DNA of 64,000 nt from Nitrospirota bacterium (GCA_963790025.1 CAWBMP010000003.1:64001-128000); one strand, 5' to 3'. Counted from the first letter of the stretch, positions 48,690 through 60,268 are shown. The notes: generated by a model not told the origin, from the sequence alone. Numbers and translations: made by a program.

Positions 48690-49496
48690 ATGGCAAACGA
48701 TAAAATGCCCCTGATGGAACATCTAGGCGAACTCCGCAAGAGAATTATTATCTCACTTATTGCCCTGGGAGTGACCTTTGCTGTTGCTTTCAATTATTCC
48801 GAAGACATTTTCAGGTTTATCATGTTTCCCCTGAAGTACAGTCTGGATTTTTCCGCAAAGAAGTTATTATTTCATTTTGTTCCTCAAGATAAGCTCCATA
48901 ATACAAAACTGGTTTTTCTTGCACCGGTTGAGGCGTTCTGGATGAACCTGAAAGTCGCTTTTGTGGCAGGGTTGATTTTGGCCTTGCCGGTAATTTTTCA
49001 TCAGCTTTGGCTGTTTATATCTCCCGGACTTCTCCCAAAAGAAAAAAAATATGTTCTGCCTTTCATTTTTATTGCTACCTGTCTTTTCCTTGCCGGGGCG
49101 GCCTTCTGTTTCTTTATAGTATTGCCTTTTGCAATGGGATTTCTCCTGACTTACAAGGTTGGAGATTTTCTCATGCCCATGCTTTCCGTTGGGCAATACA
49201 CAGACTTTTGTCTTAAGTTCATTCTCGCTTTCGGTGTCATATTCGAACTTCCCATAGCTATTATTTTCCTGACAAAAATGGGTATTGTAACTCCTAGTGG
49301 ACTTGCAAGAAACAGAAAGTTTGCAGTCTTGTTTGCTTTTATCGCCGGTGCTATCCTGACACCCACACCCGATGCTTTTAATCAGACACTTATGGCTGTT
49401 CCGATAATTCTGCTTTATGAAGTCGGGATATGGGTCTCACCGCTTTTTGTTAAAAAGAAGGAGGAGACACCTGAAGCTGCAAATGATGGAAGTTAA
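48690..49496 (+). CDS. tatC: Twin-arginine translocase TatC
   Basis: HLGELRKR, FISPGL, FELP, TPTPD, LYEVG. Confidence 0.95.
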   Translation: MANDKMPLMEHLGELRKRIIISLIALGVTFAVAFNYSEDIFRFIMFPLKYSLDFSAKKLLFHFVPQDKLHNTKLVFLAPVEAFWMNLKVAFVAGLILALPVIFHQLWLFISPGLLPKEKKYVLPFIFIATCLFLAGAAFCFFIVLPFAMGFLLTYKVGDFLMPMLSVGQYTDFCLKFILAFGVIFELPIAIIFLTKMGIVTPSGLARNRKFAVLFAFIAGAILTPTPDAFNQTLMAVPIILLYEVGIWVSPLFVKKKEETPEAANDGS

Positions 49497-49520
49497 ATTT
49501 TAACCAAGTTAAGAGATTTT

Positions 49521-49799
49521 ATGAACAGTAAGGGTAAAAGGAATTTCAAGGCAATAACATCGGAAATTGCTGATGGTTATGTAACGGTAAACCCACTTTT
49601 CCTGAAGCCTTTCAATGAGGAATCGCTCAAGTCGCTCTATTCGATGGTGATGAGGATGCAAACAGAAATTCGCATCGAGCCTTTTCCCTATAACGAAATC
49701 GAACGCATAAGAAAACGGAGCTTGAAACTTCAGAGACTATATGCCGCGCTGATAGTCATAAAAAATATCGCGCGTGAGAGGAAGTACAAGTTTTACTAG
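49521..49799 (+). CDS. Hypothetical protein
   Basis: 92-aa ORF filling the gap after tatC; no family recognised. Confidence 0.6.
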   Translation: MNSKGKRNFKAITSEIADGYVTVNPLFLKPFNEESLKSLYSMVMRMQTEIRIEPFPYNEIERIRKRSLKLQRLYAALIVIKNIARERKYKFY

Positions 49800-49861
49800 A
49801 GAACAGGTATAGGCAAAGGTAAAGGCATAGCAACAGGCACAAGTCTGGCTGGAAGTTTCTT

Positions 49862-50404
49862 TTATTTTTTCTCTATCTCTGCCTCTACCTTTGCCTTTTT
49901 TTGTTGCGTTGCCTGTATCTCGCGTATCAGATACCTTGCCGCCATGCCGTTACATGCGCCCGTAAAAGTAGCGGCTGCAACCAGGAAGGGCAGCACTACC
50001 AGGATTGCCTGAATGTTCCGTACAAACAGCAAATAGGCTGTAAAAAGTTGCGCTGTATTATGGAAAAAAGCGCCGATCAGACTAATGCCCAAGGGACCGA
50101 AAAGACCCGGGAATAGAGTCACCGCAATGCCCATTGAAACGGTCCCCGCCAAGCCGCCGCTCAGGCTGAGGAAAAAGGCCGGTCCCAAAAAAGTTCCCAG
50201 AAGCAAAGAACCAAGTACAACTCTCACCATAGTCACTATCAACGCAGGTCTTATTCCATAAAAAAATAGTGTAATAACAGTAATTATATTTGAAAGTCCC
50301 AGGCGTAACCATGGGATAGGAGTAGGGATGAGCGCCTCCAGGCCGTGCAGCGCAAGGGCATATGATGCCAGAAGCGCAATGCGATATCTATCCGCTGATT
50401 GCAT
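49862..50404 (-). CDS. Gx transporter / heptaprenyl diphosphate synthase component I-like membrane protein
   Basis: LEALIPTPIPWLRLGLSNI, GAFFHNTAQL. Confidence 0.85.
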   Translation of the reverse strand: MQSADRYRIALLASYALALHGLEALIPTPIPWLRLGLSNIITVITLFFYGIRPALIVTMVRVVLGSLLLGTFLGPAFFLSLSGGLAGTVSMGIAVTLFPGLFGPLGISLIGAFFHNTAQLFTAYLLFVRNIQAILVVLPFLVAAATFTGACNGMAARYLIREIQATQQKKAKVEAEIEKK

Positions 50405-50765
50405 CCGGGTCTTTGCTCTTGTCCGGTCCTGAAACAGTTACGACAACCCTGTTTGGAAGACATACAATAGAGCCCTTTTCAATCCACCCCTCATGTATAC
50501 AGATCTTGTTGATGCAAGGAGCATCTTTTATTCTCACCTTGCCGCCTTTGATCTCAACCGTGGTCTCTCCGATGGCCCCGTTGACCTCCACCGTTCTGTC
50601 AGTACTAAGGGGAAAGGTATATTTGAGCTTGCCGTCAACCTCTATTCTGACTTCACTCCCTTTAGGAGTTATGTCTTTAACGTAAGCAAAACTATAAAAA
50701 GACAGAAAGATACATATTGAGAGCAGGACTTTATCGCCAAGTGTGATGTTATTATTGCCGTTCAT
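50388..50765 (-). CDS. NusG domain II-containing protein
   Basis: APCINKICIHEGWI...IVCLPNRVVV. Confidence 0.88.
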   Translation of the reverse strand: MNGNNNITLGDKVLLSICIFLSFYSFAYVKDITPKGSEVRIEVDGKLKYTFPLSTDRTVEVNGAIGETTVEIKGGKVRIKDAPCINKICIHEGWIEKGSIVCLPNRVVVTVSGPDKSKDPDAISG

Positions 50766-50772
50766 TGCATCC

Positions 50773-53304
50773 TCATAGCATCCTCTGGGCCAAGAATCTT
50801 CCGGTATGTGAATTTACGTTGGCGGCCACTACTTCGGGGGCCCCTACGGCGATGATCCTGCCTCCGTCATTGCCTCCTTCAGGGCCGAGGTCGATAATGT
50901 AGTCGGCTGATTTTATAATGTCGATATCATGTTCGATGACGATGACGCTGTTGCCCATATCAACCAGTCTGTTAATAACATTCAGCAGACGCTGCACATC
51001 AACGAAGTGCAGCCCTGTTGTCGGTTCATCAAGAATGTATAACGTATTTCCTGTCGCCTTTTTGCCGAGTTCTTTTGAGAGCCTCAAGCGCTGGGATTCA
51101 CCCCCGGACAGAGTCGTTGCCGGTTGACCCAGTTTTAAGTATCCCATCCCGATATCTTCGAGGATATCAAGGCGCTGCTTGAGGGGAGGGATTGCAGAAA
51201 AGAAGTCAAGCGCCTCCGAAATCGTCATTTCAAGAACTTCTGCAATGTTCTTCCCTTTGTAATAGATATCAAGCGTTTCTTTATTATACCGTTTCCCCTT
51301 GCATACATCACAGGTTACATAAACATTCGGCAGAAAGTGCATCTCAATTTTTTTGAGGCCATCGCCCTGGCAGGTTTCACATCGGCCTCCGGCAAGATTA
51401 AAACTGAACCGGGAGACCTTGTAACCTCTCACTCTAGATTCGACAAGCTGAGCAAAAAGGTCCCGTATAAAAGTGAATATTCCGGTGTAAGTTGCAGGAT
51501 TTGACCTTGGAGTCCTTCCCAAAGGCGATTGATCGACGCAAATCACTTTATCTATTTTTTCGAGTCCTTCAATGCGCCGGTGTTTTCCGGGGATTACCTT
51601 ACTTTTATACAAGTGTTTCGCGAGCGTTTTGTATAAGACTTCAAATATTAAGGTGCTTTTGCCGGAACCCGACACACCTGTGATGCAGACAAAAGCGGCG
51701 AGTGGAATGGAAACATCTATATCTCTGAGGTTGAACTCGGATGCCCCCTCAATTGCCAGGAACTCTTTCGGTATCCGACGTTTTCCCGGCACGGGGATAA
51801 CGAGCTTTTTGCTCAAATATTTTCCGGTGATGGATGATTCGCAATTCTGAATTTCTTCAGGCGTGCCTGAGGCAATAATCCAGCCGCCATTTTTACCGGC
51901 TCCGGGTCCCATATCGATAATGTAGTCTGCCCAACGGATAGTTTGCTCATCGTGCTCAACAATAATGACGGTATTACCGCTGTCACGTATTGAGGCAAGG
52001 TTATTGAGAAGTTTGGCGCAGTCCTTCGGGTGCAATCCTATGCTGGGTTCGTCGAGGACGTACAGAACACCGGTGAAGGAGGAGCCCAGTTGTGTCGCCA
52101 GCCTCATCCTCTGCGCCTCTCCTCCCGAGAGGGTGAGTGAGGGTCTGTCGAGCGTCAGATAGCCGAGGCCTACTTTCTCAAGGAAGGAAAGCCTGTCACT
52201 GACCTCTTTCAGGACCCTTTTTGAGATGATCATTTCTCTTTCGGAGAGTGTGAGGCCGTTTATATATGTTTTCGCCTCTTCAACCGACATTGCCGAGAAT
52301 TTTCCGATATTAATATTATTGATCTTCACGTTCAGGGCTTCTTTTCTAAGCCTCATGCCTCCGCAAGCCTTGCAGGGGGTCAAATGGGTCAGGTCACTCT
52401 CGTAAATGTCATCCGGGAAATCATCATCGTCGATGCCTTCAAACCCCATACCGTTGCATTTTTGACAGGCGCCATATTTGCTGTTGAACGAAAACAGGCG
52501 CGGCTCTATTTCAGGATAACTTATACCGCAGTTAGGGCAGGCGAGCGTTTTGCTGAAAGGAATGTCCCTGTTTTCATCAATCAGATTTATTATCACCGTA
52601 TCTGCGTATTTTAGGGAAGTGTCTATGGCATGCTTTATCTGCCGCTCTATACCCGGTTTTATTATAAACCGGTCAATGACGATCTCAATGGTGTGGCGCT
52701 GCTGTTTTTTGAGTATAATATCCTGGGTGAGCTCCATCATTATTCCGTCGATCCTGGCCCTGACAAATCCGTCTAGTCTCATCTGCTGGAGTTCTTTTTT
52801 ATATTCTCCCTTTCTCCCTCTTACCAGTGGAGCAAGCACCTGAATTCTTGTGCCCTCGGGAAGCGAGGATACCGGCACGATGATATTGCTGATATCTTGC
52901 GTTGCTATAACGGCGCCGCACTGGTAGCAATAGGGTGTACCGATGCGTGTATATAATACTCTCATGTAGTCATAGGTTTCAGTGATGGTGCCCACGGTAG
53001 ACCTTGGGCTTTTGGTCACCGTATTCTGGTCAATAGCAATGGAAGGCGAGAGCCCGTCAATATAGTCGAGTTCCGGTTTTTGCATCTGTTCAAGGAACTG
53101 CCGGGCATAGGATGACAGGCTCTCTACATAACGCCTTTGCCCTTCAGCATAAATAGTGTCCATGGCAAGCGACGATTTTCCCGAACCCGAGGGCCCGGTA
53201 ATAACGGTAATTTTGTCCCTCGGAATCACAACATCGATATTCTTCAGGTTGTGCTCGCGTGCACCCCTTACGACAATGTATTTTCGTATGCCTTTAGTAT
53301 TCAT
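50773..53304 (-). CDS. uvrA: Excinuclease ABC subunit A (short form)
   Basis: GAREHNLKN, two Walker A motifs, two LSGGE signatures, zinc fingers. Confidence 0.95.
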   Translation of the reverse strand: MNTKGIRKYIVVRGAREHNLKNIDVVIPRDKITVITGPSGSGKSSLAMDTIYAEGQRRYVESLSSYARQFLEQMQKPELDYIDGLSPSIAIDQNTVTKSPRSTVGTITETYDYMRVLYTRIGTPYCYQCGAVIATQDISNIIVPVSSLPEGTRIQVLAPLVRGRKGEYKKELQQMRLDGFVRARIDGIMMELTQDIILKKQQRHTIEIVIDRFIIKPGIERQIKHAIDTSLKYADTVIINLIDENRDIPFSKTLACPNCGISYPEIEPRLFSFNSKYGACQKCNGMGFEGIDDDDFPDDIYESDLTHLTPCKACGGMRLRKEALNVKINNINIGKFSAMSVEEAKTYINGLTLSEREMIISKRVLKEVSDRLSFLEKVGLGYLTLDRPSLTLSGGEAQRMRLATQLGSSFTGVLYVLDEPSIGLHPKDCAKLLNNLASIRDSGNTVIIVEHDEQTIRWADYIIDMGPGAGKNGGWIIASGTPEEIQNCESSITGKYLSKKLVIPVPGKRRIPKEFLAIEGASEFNLRDIDVSIPLAAFVCITGVSGSGKSTLIFEVLYKTLAKHLYKSKVIPGKHRRIEGLEKIDKVICVDQSPLGRTPRSNPATYTGIFTFIRDLFAQLVESRVRGYKVSRFSFNLAGGRCETCQGDGLKKIEMHFLPNVYVTCDVCKGKRYNKETLDIYYKGKNIAEVLEMTISEALDFFSAIPPLKQRLDILEDIGMGYLKLGQPATTLSGGESQRLRLSKELGKKATGNTLYILDEPTTGLHFVDVQRLLNVINRLVDMGNSVIVIEHDIDIIKSADYIIDLGPEGGNDGGRIIAVGAPEVVAANVNSHTGRFLAQRML

Positions 53305-53685
53305 TTAACATTTATTATAACTCAAGATTGATAAGAGATGCGTCGACGAGGCAGCAGGTCAGCATGTACTAGCCTCATGATCGGACAGAATCTGAAGCAG
53401 CAAACCAAGAATAAGCATTTCAGTCTGATTTTCAAGGGAAAAAAAATTTAACTTGACGCGATAATAGTTAATATCCGTAAAATAGGATATTCACTATGCC
53501 GGGCAGGCAAAAGTTACAAGGTAATCTCAAAGCTGGGTGAATAGACTACAATTAGATTTAACTGATGCCATGTATGAAATCAGAATCTTTTTTATTAACA
53601 AACTGTTAACAGTAAAAATAAGTTTTAGAACAAGAGATTACAAAATAACCATTTCCCCCACGCTATTTGTTTAAGGAGGAGAATC

Positions 53686-54645
53686 ATGTTAAAAACGGCT
53701 TTTTTGTTTGATGGACAGGGTGCCCAGCACATCGGAATGGGCAGGGATATTTATTTCTACTCAGGGGAAACTATGAATATCTGTGAAAAGGTATCGCAAG
53801 CAGTTGGCTTCGATGTAATCGACATTGCGCTGAACGGCAGCGCCGAAGACATCAAAAATAGTAGAAATGCCCAAATATGCCTCCATGCACTGGAGTTATG
53901 CACCGTACACGTCCTCAACACTTATGGTATTGTCCCTGACATCGTGGCGGGTTACAGTTTCGGAGAATATCCTGCTATTGTTACCGCAGGGGGCCTATCT
54001 TTTGACGATGGTATTCGTTTGGTCACGGCGCGGGGCACACTTATGGCAGAGTCGGCTTCAAAGAAAAAAGGGGCTATGGCGCTCATAAGTGGAATGTCGA
54101 CGGAATCGATAAAAGAGGAAATTACCCAACTGAAAAAGCTATATATAGCTTGTTTCAATGCCCCAACCGAACATTTCATTGCGGGAGAAAGAGATATACT
54201 GGAGCGGTTGGTGAAAACGCTGAGAGTCCGTGGCATTGAAGCTATAATGCTTCCTGTCGGAGGCGCTTTTCATTGTCCCTACATTGAAGATGCATCAATC
54301 ATATTCAGAAATGTTCTTATGAACACCGCTTTCAGGAATCCATTGCTTCCTGTTGTCGGTAACGTCAACGCATCTGTGGTTACCACAGCCTCAGGCATCC
54401 TTGCGGATGCGCTTGAGCAAATGCTTTCGGCAGTTCAGTGGCATGGGACAATAGTAAAACTGCTGAACTCGGGCGTTGATATTTCAATTGAAATTGGTCC
54501 AGGACATGGTCTGAAGAGGATGTGCCTGAAAACTTCGTCTGATGCGGCTACACTGACGACCCGGAACATGTCGGAAATCAGGGATGTCGTCAGCAAAATA
54601 ACACATTACGGCGTTAAGAATGAAAGGCGGGTAAATGCGGCGTGA
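53686..54645 (+). CDS. ACP S-malonyltransferase-like acyltransferase (FabD/MdcH family)
   Basis: FDGQG, AGYSFGE, R at ARG, GAFH, IEIGPG. Confidence 0.85.
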   Translation: MLKTAFLFDGQGAQHIGMGRDIYFYSGETMNICEKVSQAVGFDVIDIALNGSAEDIKNSRNAQICLHALELCTVHVLNTYGIVPDIVAGYSFGEYPAIVTAGGLSFDDGIRLVTARGTLMAESASKKKGAMALISGMSTESIKEEITQLKKLYIACFNAPTEHFIAGERDILERLVKTLRVRGIEAIMLPVGGAFHCPYIEDASIIFRNVLMNTAFRNPLLPVVGNVNASVVTTASGILADALEQMLSAVQWHGTIVKLLNSGVDISIEIGPGHGLKRMCLKTSSDAATLTTRNMSEIRDVVSKITHYGVKNERRVNAA

Positions 54646-54763
54646 ATGAGTAGTTTATGCTCAAGCTATATGGGGCAACTGTCATTAAATAATGGGGCCC
54701 AGGATTTCGGGTGATAGCCTGAACCGTAGAATCCGGCAGCAGTGCTGCAATATCTGTGTTGGG

Positions 54764-57397
54764 TTAGGAAAGGTAGGCATCTTGCATTTTATTTTTATCC
54801 AAAAGCATTCGGACCTTCAATAATATGTCACTGGGCAGGGCAGGTTTGGATATGAAATTCATTCCTTGTTCCCTTATACTTTTTTCGCTGATGTACTCAG
54901 CTGTATAACCGCTGGTAAAAAGGACCTCAACGTCGGGGCGTATCTTTTTAATTTCGTCATAAACTTCTCGCCCGTTTTTCTTTGGCATCACGACATCAAG
55001 TATTACCATGTCGATACTATCTCCAAAGGCGATAAATTTCTTAAGTGCATCCTCTCCGTCAATTGCTACCAATACACTATAGCCGGCCGTCGTAAGCAGG
55101 GTTATCATAAACGATCTTACCTCCTCGTTATCGTCCGCAATCAGAATTGTTTCCGTTCCTCGCTCGAGACCGGTGCAAGCTATGGATTGTTCAAGAACCG
55201 GCTTAGTTTCTGCCAGAGGCATATATATGCTGAAGGTGGTCCCTTCATTTATTATACTAGTGCACGTGACACTTCCGCTATGCCGTTTTATAATTCCGTA
55301 TATGATTGAAAGCCCAAGCCCTGTCCCTTTGCCCTCCCCTTTTGTAGTAAAAAATGGCTCAAATATTTTCTTCATTGTGTTTTGATCCATACCAGTTCCG
55401 GTATCTGATACAGTGAGAAGTGCGTAATTACCGGATTTCTGCAAACCATTTCTTTGAGCATAATCAGTGTCCAGATTTACAGATTCAGTAGCTATGCTTA
55501 TTGTTCCACCTTTGGGCATAGAATCTCGCGCATTAGCCACGAGGTTTATTATTACCTGCTCTATCTGTCCTTTGTCTGCAATGATTACGTCCCCGTCGTT
55601 AGTGAGTTCGATTTTCAATACAATGTCTTCTGTGATGACTTGTTCAAGCAATTTGTATATTCCGTTTATAGTTGCATTAAGGGATATAGGTTCCAGTTGG
55701 GTGATGTTTTTTCTGCTAAAGGTAAGGAGACCTCTGGCAAGGTTAGCTGCTTTTTCACCGGAGGAAAGAATATTTTGTACATATTGGTGTTCATAGCTTC
55801 CATCACGATGGCAATTGCTAAGCAGTTCTGCAAAGCCGTTTATCGCGGTAAGCAAGTTGTTGAAATCGTGCGCAATCCCTCCAGCAATTTGGCCAATGGC
55901 TTCCATTTTCTGTGACTGCAGGAGTTGAGATTCCAGACTTGCCTTCTCCTCCTCTGACTTTTTGGTGTCGGTAATATCCTGATGGCTGCCGCGTCTGCCC
56001 CTATAGTTTCCATCCTTATCATAGACCGCCACGCAGTTGTGAGCGATCCATCGGACATCGCCGCTTTTCGTTATTATGCGAAACTCTAATTGCTCGTACA
56101 TACCCCGTTTGTAATGTGTATGCTCCGCCCAGATCACCGCGTCATCGGGATGAATAATCTCATCCAGAAGATCAGGCGATGAATAGAACTCTTCTTGCGT
56201 ATAGCCGCAGAACTTTTCGGAGTTCTGAGAGACATAGATATTTTTTTTGTCAGGCGACCTCCAGAAAACAAAATCCGTAGCAAACTCGGTGACAGTTCTG
56301 TATAAATCCTCACTCTTTTCCAGCTCAACTCTCTTACTGTCAATGTCAAGCACCATCTTATTAAACGCCACGGAAAGAGTTCCTATTTCGTCCGCCGTGT
56401 TTATATGAAAGAATCTGTTGTGCCCTGTTTTTTGCGGAAGATCGTTTACGTGACTGGTAAAAAGTTCAAGTGGATTTGTCAAATACTTTATGATAAAAGA
56501 GATAATAAGAAATACTGTAACGATTCCTATAATCGTGCCTGTGATAAAGTACCCCCTGGCTTGATCTATCGGGAGATATGCTTCTGCTTGCGGATAGTTT
56601 GCAGCCATGATCCAGTCTTTTACCTTTAACTTCTTAAAAGATGAAACCATTTTTACCCCTTGCGACGTTATCGTATCTCCGGTGCCTTCAAATCCCTCTA
56701 TGGCCTTATCATATAGATTGTTAAACCCGGCAGCCTGTTTTGTCAGTATCCTTTTTTTATCAGGATGCATAATCAATGTCCTGTCTACCGCTGAGAGGTA
56801 AAGATAACCTGCTTTTCCTATTTTCACATTGCTTATTCTCCCCAGGAAGTTGTCTCGCATAAGGTCAACACTGCCGGTTAATATGCCTGCGATATTGCCT
56901 TTTGCGTCAAGAATCGGCGCTGTAAGCATAATGACCGGATGTTGATGAGGTTGCGTGGACACATATGGGTCGGAAATGTAAGGTTTTTTAGTCTTAATGG
57001 TTTCTATTATGTACTCGCGGTACGAAAGATCGAATCCCCTCCTGCCAGGGGCATATGGTGATTCAACGAATATTCTGCCTGATGGCGTGAATAAAAAAAG
57101 ATGGTTGTCCAGCATTGTGTGCAAGCTCGGTTTGTTATCAAGAAATGCCTGCGCCTTCGCAGGATTTTGCATAATGTCCGACGTCATGGTTTTTGATACT
57201 GCGAGTAGATGCTGTTGAGCGGTCAATAGTTTGCTGTCAATTTCATCTGCTATTATAGAGAGCATAAGGAATTGCTGTTGAGCTATCGTTTTTTTCAATG
57301 ATGTGTTGTAATGCGAGAAGGCAAACAATGCAGTTAGCGTGACTATAGTAACAACGAGACCTGAAACTATTAATGTTAACTTGTCTTTTAATTTCAT
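54764..57397 (-). CDS. Hybrid sensor kinase (dCache-HAMP-PAS-HisKA-HATPase-REC)
   Basis: GGIAHDFNNLL, NLVANARD, FFTTK..GTGLGL, receiver LDVVMP. Confidence 0.92.
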   Translation of the reverse strand: MKLKDKLTLIVSGLVVTIVTLTALFAFSHYNTSLKKTIAQQQFLMLSIIADEIDSKLLTAQQHLLAVSKTMTSDIMQNPAKAQAFLDNKPSLHTMLDNHLFLFTPSGRIFVESPYAPGRRGFDLSYREYIIETIKTKKPYISDPYVSTQPHQHPVIMLTAPILDAKGNIAGILTGSVDLMRDNFLGRISNVKIGKAGYLYLSAVDRTLIMHPDKKRILTKQAAGFNNLYDKAIEGFEGTGDTITSQGVKMVSSFKKLKVKDWIMAANYPQAEAYLPIDQARGYFITGTIIGIVTVFLIISFIIKYLTNPLELFTSHVNDLPQKTGHNRFFHINTADEIGTLSVAFNKMVLDIDSKRVELEKSEDLYRTVTEFATDFVFWRSPDKKNIYVSQNSEKFCGYTQEEFYSSPDLLDEIIHPDDAVIWAEHTHYKRGMYEQLEFRIITKSGDVRWIAHNCVAVYDKDGNYRGRRGSHQDITDTKKSEEEKASLESQLLQSQKMEAIGQIAGGIAHDFNNLLTAINGFAELLSNCHRDGSYEHQYVQNILSSGEKAANLARGLLTFSRKNITQLEPISLNATINGIYKLLEQVITEDIVLKIELTNDGDVIIADKGQIEQVIINLVANARDSMPKGGTISIATESVNLDTDYAQRNGLQKSGNYALLTVSDTGTGMDQNTMKKIFEPFFTTKGEGKGTGLGLSIIYGIIKRHSGSVTCTSIINEGTTFSIYMPLAETKPVLEQSIACTGLERGTETILIADDNEEVRSFMITLLTTAGYSVLVAIDGEDALKKFIAFGDSIDMVILDVVMPKKNGREVYDEIKKIRPDVEVLFTSGYTAEYISEKSIREQGMNFISKPALPSDILLKVRMLLDKNKMQDAYLS

Positions 57398-57629
57398 TCT
57401 TTAAAAAAAGATACTATATCCCACGTCTATACTTATTCAATCGCTGTACTTATTTATCGGGACAAATTACCAAAAGTTGAGAGCAAACTACTGTTTTGGA
57501 ATATCTGTCCATAAAATTTGCAATTCAGTAAAGCACTCTGCAATCAAGTCATTATAACAAATCAAGTGGACGGAATTGCAACACATTTTATTGCTTTTTT
57601 GGAAACGATTGTCATATTGCGTCCAGATC

Positions 57630-58370
57630 CTAGGTCTTGGGTTTTCCTATATAACGAAGGCCTATCAGTGTCAAAACCGAAGCAAATAAATAGCGTAAAT
57701 ATATTTCGGGGAGGAGATTCGCTGCAGTCGCTCCAAGATAGCCTCCAATGACAGCTCCCGCCAGAAGGCCTGCAATCATATCAGTTTTCACATTACCGAG
57801 TTCATTATGAGTAAGTGAGCCCGATATTCCAACCGGGATCATGGCAAGCAGTGATGTTCCCTGGGCAAGGTGCTGGCTCATGCCGCACAAAAGAACCATA
57901 GGAGGAATCATCACAGTTCCTCCTCCCACACCCATCATGCCGGACACAAACCCGGTGACTGCTCCGGTAAGCAGTAAAATCCCTCCTTTGAACCATATAT
58001 TCATGGCATGAGCATGTTGTGGAAAATACGGTTTCGCAAGGAGCAGTAAGGAGACAAATATCAGAAAAGCTCCAAAAGCACGTTTCAGTTTCCGTTCCGG
58101 CAGCGAATGAGCATAAAGGGCGCCTAACCGCGCCGTTAATATTGCACTGATTCCCAGAACTGCAGATATCTTCCAGTCTACGGCATGATAATAAGAATAC
58201 GTTATTGTGCCGATCGCCCCCGTAAAGACTACAACGACAAGACTTGTTCCGTGGGCACTGTGTTGGGTCATTTTTTTTACTGAGACCATAAGGGGTATCA
58301 TTACCACTCCGCCGCCAAGGCCAGCCAGGTTTCCCCAAAAAGCCCCGAGAAATCCGATTAAAAGATTCAT
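57630..58370 (-). CDS. TauE/SafE-family sulfite exporter
   Basis: Duplicated GLGGG..P / GVGGG..P and AHGTSL / AQGTSL motifs. Confidence 0.88.
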   Translation of the reverse strand: MNLLIGFLGAFWGNLAGLGGGVVMIPLMVSVKKMTQHSAHGTSLVVVVFTGAIGTITYSYYHAVDWKISAVLGISAILTARLGALYAHSLPERKLKRAFGAFLIFVSLLLLAKPYFPQHAHAMNIWFKGGILLLTGAVTGFVSGMMGVGGGTVMIPPMVLLCGMSQHLAQGTSLLAMIPVGISGSLTHNELGNVKTDMIAGLLAGAVIGGYLGATAANLLPEIYLRYLFASVLTLIGLRYIGKPKT

Positions 58371-58445
58371 GACAACGAAACCGATTTGAGCTCTAAGCAC
58401 AGACGTTTGAACTTCATTTTCCACCACTTTAAGTTATTGGAATAG

Positions 58446-59585
58446 TTATTCACTTTCAGTCGAGGTCAAAATAGCTACGACCTTTCCTATGGGAACTTTT
58501 GTCTCTATTTTTACCGGTATTTTATTGTCATCGTCGGTGAGCCAGATCAAAATATCCCCTTTATTCTGGAACAGACCTTCTGATTTAAGCAGCGGCTTCA
58601 CTTTCACCGTATCCAGTTCTTCGTTTTTGGCGAATTTGATTTTTTCCTTTCCGAGTATGCTGACTTCGGCCGTGAAGAATTTCTTACTGTCAAAAATATC
58701 GATGTAGATAGTCTTGCCGACCTCGAAATGTTGCGTCCTCAGGTAATAAAAGCCGGAAATCAAATCCCATAGTTCACCACCTTTGACCGAATAGTCATCC
58801 TTTGTTCCCTTGAGGTAATCATTGAAAATGATATGCTGATTATCGAGATCGAAAAAGGTTTCCTTATCGCTCCTGTATTTTCCTTCGTGCTGTTTTATCC
58901 GGAAGTTCACCGGCAAACCATTAATAACCTTGCTCTCACTGTAATCCTCTACAGTGTAAAATGCCGAAATGACAGGAGCAGAATGCACCTGGCTTTTTAT
59001 TGTGACTTTGCCGTCGCTGCTTACGGCTTCCAGTTCAGCACTTCCCACATAAATGCCCAGCCAGTAAAGGCTGTAAGAGAGTTTTTCCCGGGTGGATTTA
59101 AGAATGGCCGTCTTGTTTTCGGGATTAACGGCAGGCGGTACTGTTATGGGGGGTACCAAGGGCGTATCGGGGGTAGGGCCGCTTTCAGCTTTTTTTCCGG
59201 CATCGGAAACTTCTGCCGCGTCTTTGGAAATGTCAGCGGAGTCGGGGACTTTCACACTGCCTGAAGGGTCTACAGTGGAAACGACGTTTGTCCCCTGGTC
59301 TGCCGGCTCACTTTCCTGAGTGTCCGATTTTTCGCTTTCTTCAGACTGGTTAGGCTTACGTTTTGCCAGGTCAGGCCTGCCTGACTTCCCACCTGCTCTT
59401 ATGGCTGGTTTGGTTGTCTCGTCGGACAGTAGAATAGCCGTCAGCGTCGTGCGGGTAAAACCGCGTACAAAATCAAAAGCCCCTGTCCCGGACACTATTG
59501 CAATAAAAATGCAATGCAGGACCAAAGAGAGGGTCAATGCGACGACAAAGGGTGTGAAAATTTTTTTCAGCAATTGTAAGACCAA
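58446..59585 (-). CDS. DUF3108-domain protein
   Basis: N-terminal TM, low-complexity linker, EKLSYSLYWLGIYVG, DLISGFYYLR, IWLTDD..KIPV. Confidence 0.75.
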   Translation of the reverse strand: MVLQLLKKIFTPFVVALTLSLVLHCIFIAIVSGTGAFDFVRGFTRTTLTAILLSDETTKPAIRAGGKSGRPDLAKRKPNQSEESEKSDTQESEPADQGTNVVSTVDPSGSVKVPDSADISKDAAEVSDAGKKAESGPTPDTPLVPPITVPPAVNPENKTAILKSTREKLSYSLYWLGIYVGSAELEAVSSDGKVTIKSQVHSAPVISAFYTVEDYSESKVINGLPVNFRIKQHEGKYRSDKETFFDLDNQHIIFNDYLKGTKDDYSVKGGELWDLISGFYYLRTQHFEVGKTIYIDIFDSKKFFTAEVSILGKEKIKFAKNEELDTVKVKPLLKSEGLFQNKGDILIWLTDDDNKIPVKIETKVPIGKVVAILTSTESE

Positions 59586-59671
59586 ACAAAAAAGTTGAGA
59601 TAGACTACGCTATGTATGTATTTTATATGAAAAAGAGCGCATTACACAAAAAAGCCATCCGTGATAAGGCT

Positions 59672-59995
59672 TCAGTGAATATCCAACTGGACTTTGATAG
59701 TCTCGCTTATTCTGAGCATATCTTCTTCTGAAATAATACCTGCACGCTTAAACAGCCGTAATTTGTTTACAGTTGCCAACTGATCGGCCATGGCCTTGCT
59801 CTCTTTACCGTTAAATAAAACATGTGCTTCACTTGGATAAAGACGATCTGTCTTGCTGGTCAGGGGAACTACCTGAACTCGATTGAGGAACTTGTTTGAT
59901 GCATCATTGCTAACGATCACAGCAGGCCGTTTTTTTCTGATCTCACCGCCGACAGAAGGATCATAATTAATCCACCAAACCTCACCTCTTTCCAT
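59672..59995 (-). CDS. mazF: Type II toxin, PemK/MazF family
   Basis: [35 protein letters not shown]. Confidence 0.92.
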   Translation of the reverse strand: MERGEVWWINYDPSVGGEIRKKRPAVIVSNDASNKFLNRVQVVPLTSKTDRLYPSEAHVLFNGKESKAMADQLATVNKLRLFKRAGIISEEDMLRISETIKVQLDIH

Positions 59996-60212
59996 GCGCT
60001 ATGTCCTTAAAAGTCGTCTCCGCCCATTCCAGTGCTTGTGCTTCCCGATTTTTGTCTTTTGACATGAGGGAGTAAGCCGATTCCAGATTTGGGCGTATTA
60101 CATACGGGCGCACCAATTCCTCAATAAATTTACTGATTTTACGGGGGCCGATAGTCTTGTGAAGAGCTTCATAAACTTCCTCAGCTACTGTTATAGTTAA
60201 CTTCTTTTGCAT
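59982..60212 (-). CDS. Cognate antitoxin
   Basis: [13 protein letters not shown]...ISKFIEEL (RHH-like); overlaps the toxin start. Confidence 0.8.
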   Translation of the reverse strand: MQKKLTITVAEEVYEALHKTIGPRKISKFIEELVRPYVIRPNLESAYSLMSKDKNREAQALEWAETTFKDIAHGKR

Positions 60213-60230
60213 TATTAGTCCCCCGTTATT

Positions 60231-60268
60231 TATACGTATAGTATACGTATTTATTTCCGATATGTCAA
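60231..60268 (-). promoter_or_regulatory. TA promoter with tandem palindromic operators
   Basis: TTGACA-N17-TATACT on the minus strand; two ATACGTAT palindromes overlap or flank the -10. Confidence 0.75.

Noticed and set aside
53495..53575. GGCAAA...CAAAGC...TGCC pattern resembling a c-di-GMP-I (GEMM) riboswitch upstream of the fabD-like gene
   Set aside because: It lacks the GAAA tetraloop, the GACGCAAA junction and a convincing second stem.
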